Of a DNA stretch of 16,412 nt, positions 16,282 through 16,412 are shown one piece after another. The translations under genes and the position numbers were made by a program. The stretch comes from Verrucomicrobiota bacterium. GTDB taxonomy: Bacteria > Verrucomicrobiota > Verrucomicrobiia > Limisphaerales > CANJXF01. The stretch spans positions 1 through 16,412 of the forward strand of contig JBBQRQ010000111.1 in NCBI GenBank assembly GCA_038214755.1, read 5' to 3'. Position 1 is the stretch's first letter. Every line of letters begins with the position of its first letter. The notes beneath the pieces are model-generated. The model did no database searches, was not told where the DNA came from, and saw nothing but the letters and a program-made list of their open reading frames with translations.

Positions 16282-16412
16282 CCTCACCCCGGCCCTCTCC
16301 TCCGAGGAGAGGGAGAATCTTATGCAGCGCTGGAAAATGTTCATGGTTTAGTGAGTGATGGCGCGTGCTGAGGGCAGGTTCCCTCTCCTCGGGGGAGAGG
16401 GTTAGGGTGAGG
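16282..16412. repeat. CCTCACCC..CCCTCTCC-type palindromic repeat doublet
   Basis: 33-bp inverted arms at 16282-16314 and 16380-16412 match at 29/33, each with an internal CCCTCTCC/GGAGAGGG hairpin. The window ends at the end of the right arm. Confidence 0.88.

Overview
A bacterial genomic window that probably comes from a Verrucomicrobiota (Pedosphaera-like) organism; this is an inference from the secreted-protein architecture and the repeat types. Left part: a minus-strand housekeeping run (DUF6941-like protein, holB, O-antigen-ligase-family protein, aroQ, accB). Middle part: an accessory region with a HicB/HicA-like toxin-antitoxin pair, a xylose-isomerase-like TIM-barrel gene, a two-gene cassette of unknown function, a Zn-dependent alcohol dehydrogenase and a single-chain Type IIG (Eco57I-like) restriction-modification gene. 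Right part: a secreted amidase with beta-strand repeats and an Ig domain, then a Tat-exported FAD oxidoreductase. Four observations stand out. (1) The unknown two-gene cassette is bracketed by two copies of the last ~23 codons of the TIM-barrel gene, which differ almost only at synonymous sites. (2) A 108-bp REP-like palindrome sits in frame inside the R-M methyltransferase just before NPPW. (3) Four distinct palindromic or tandem repeat types occur, two of them at the window ends. (4) A palindrome with a T-tract lies in the predicted accB leader.
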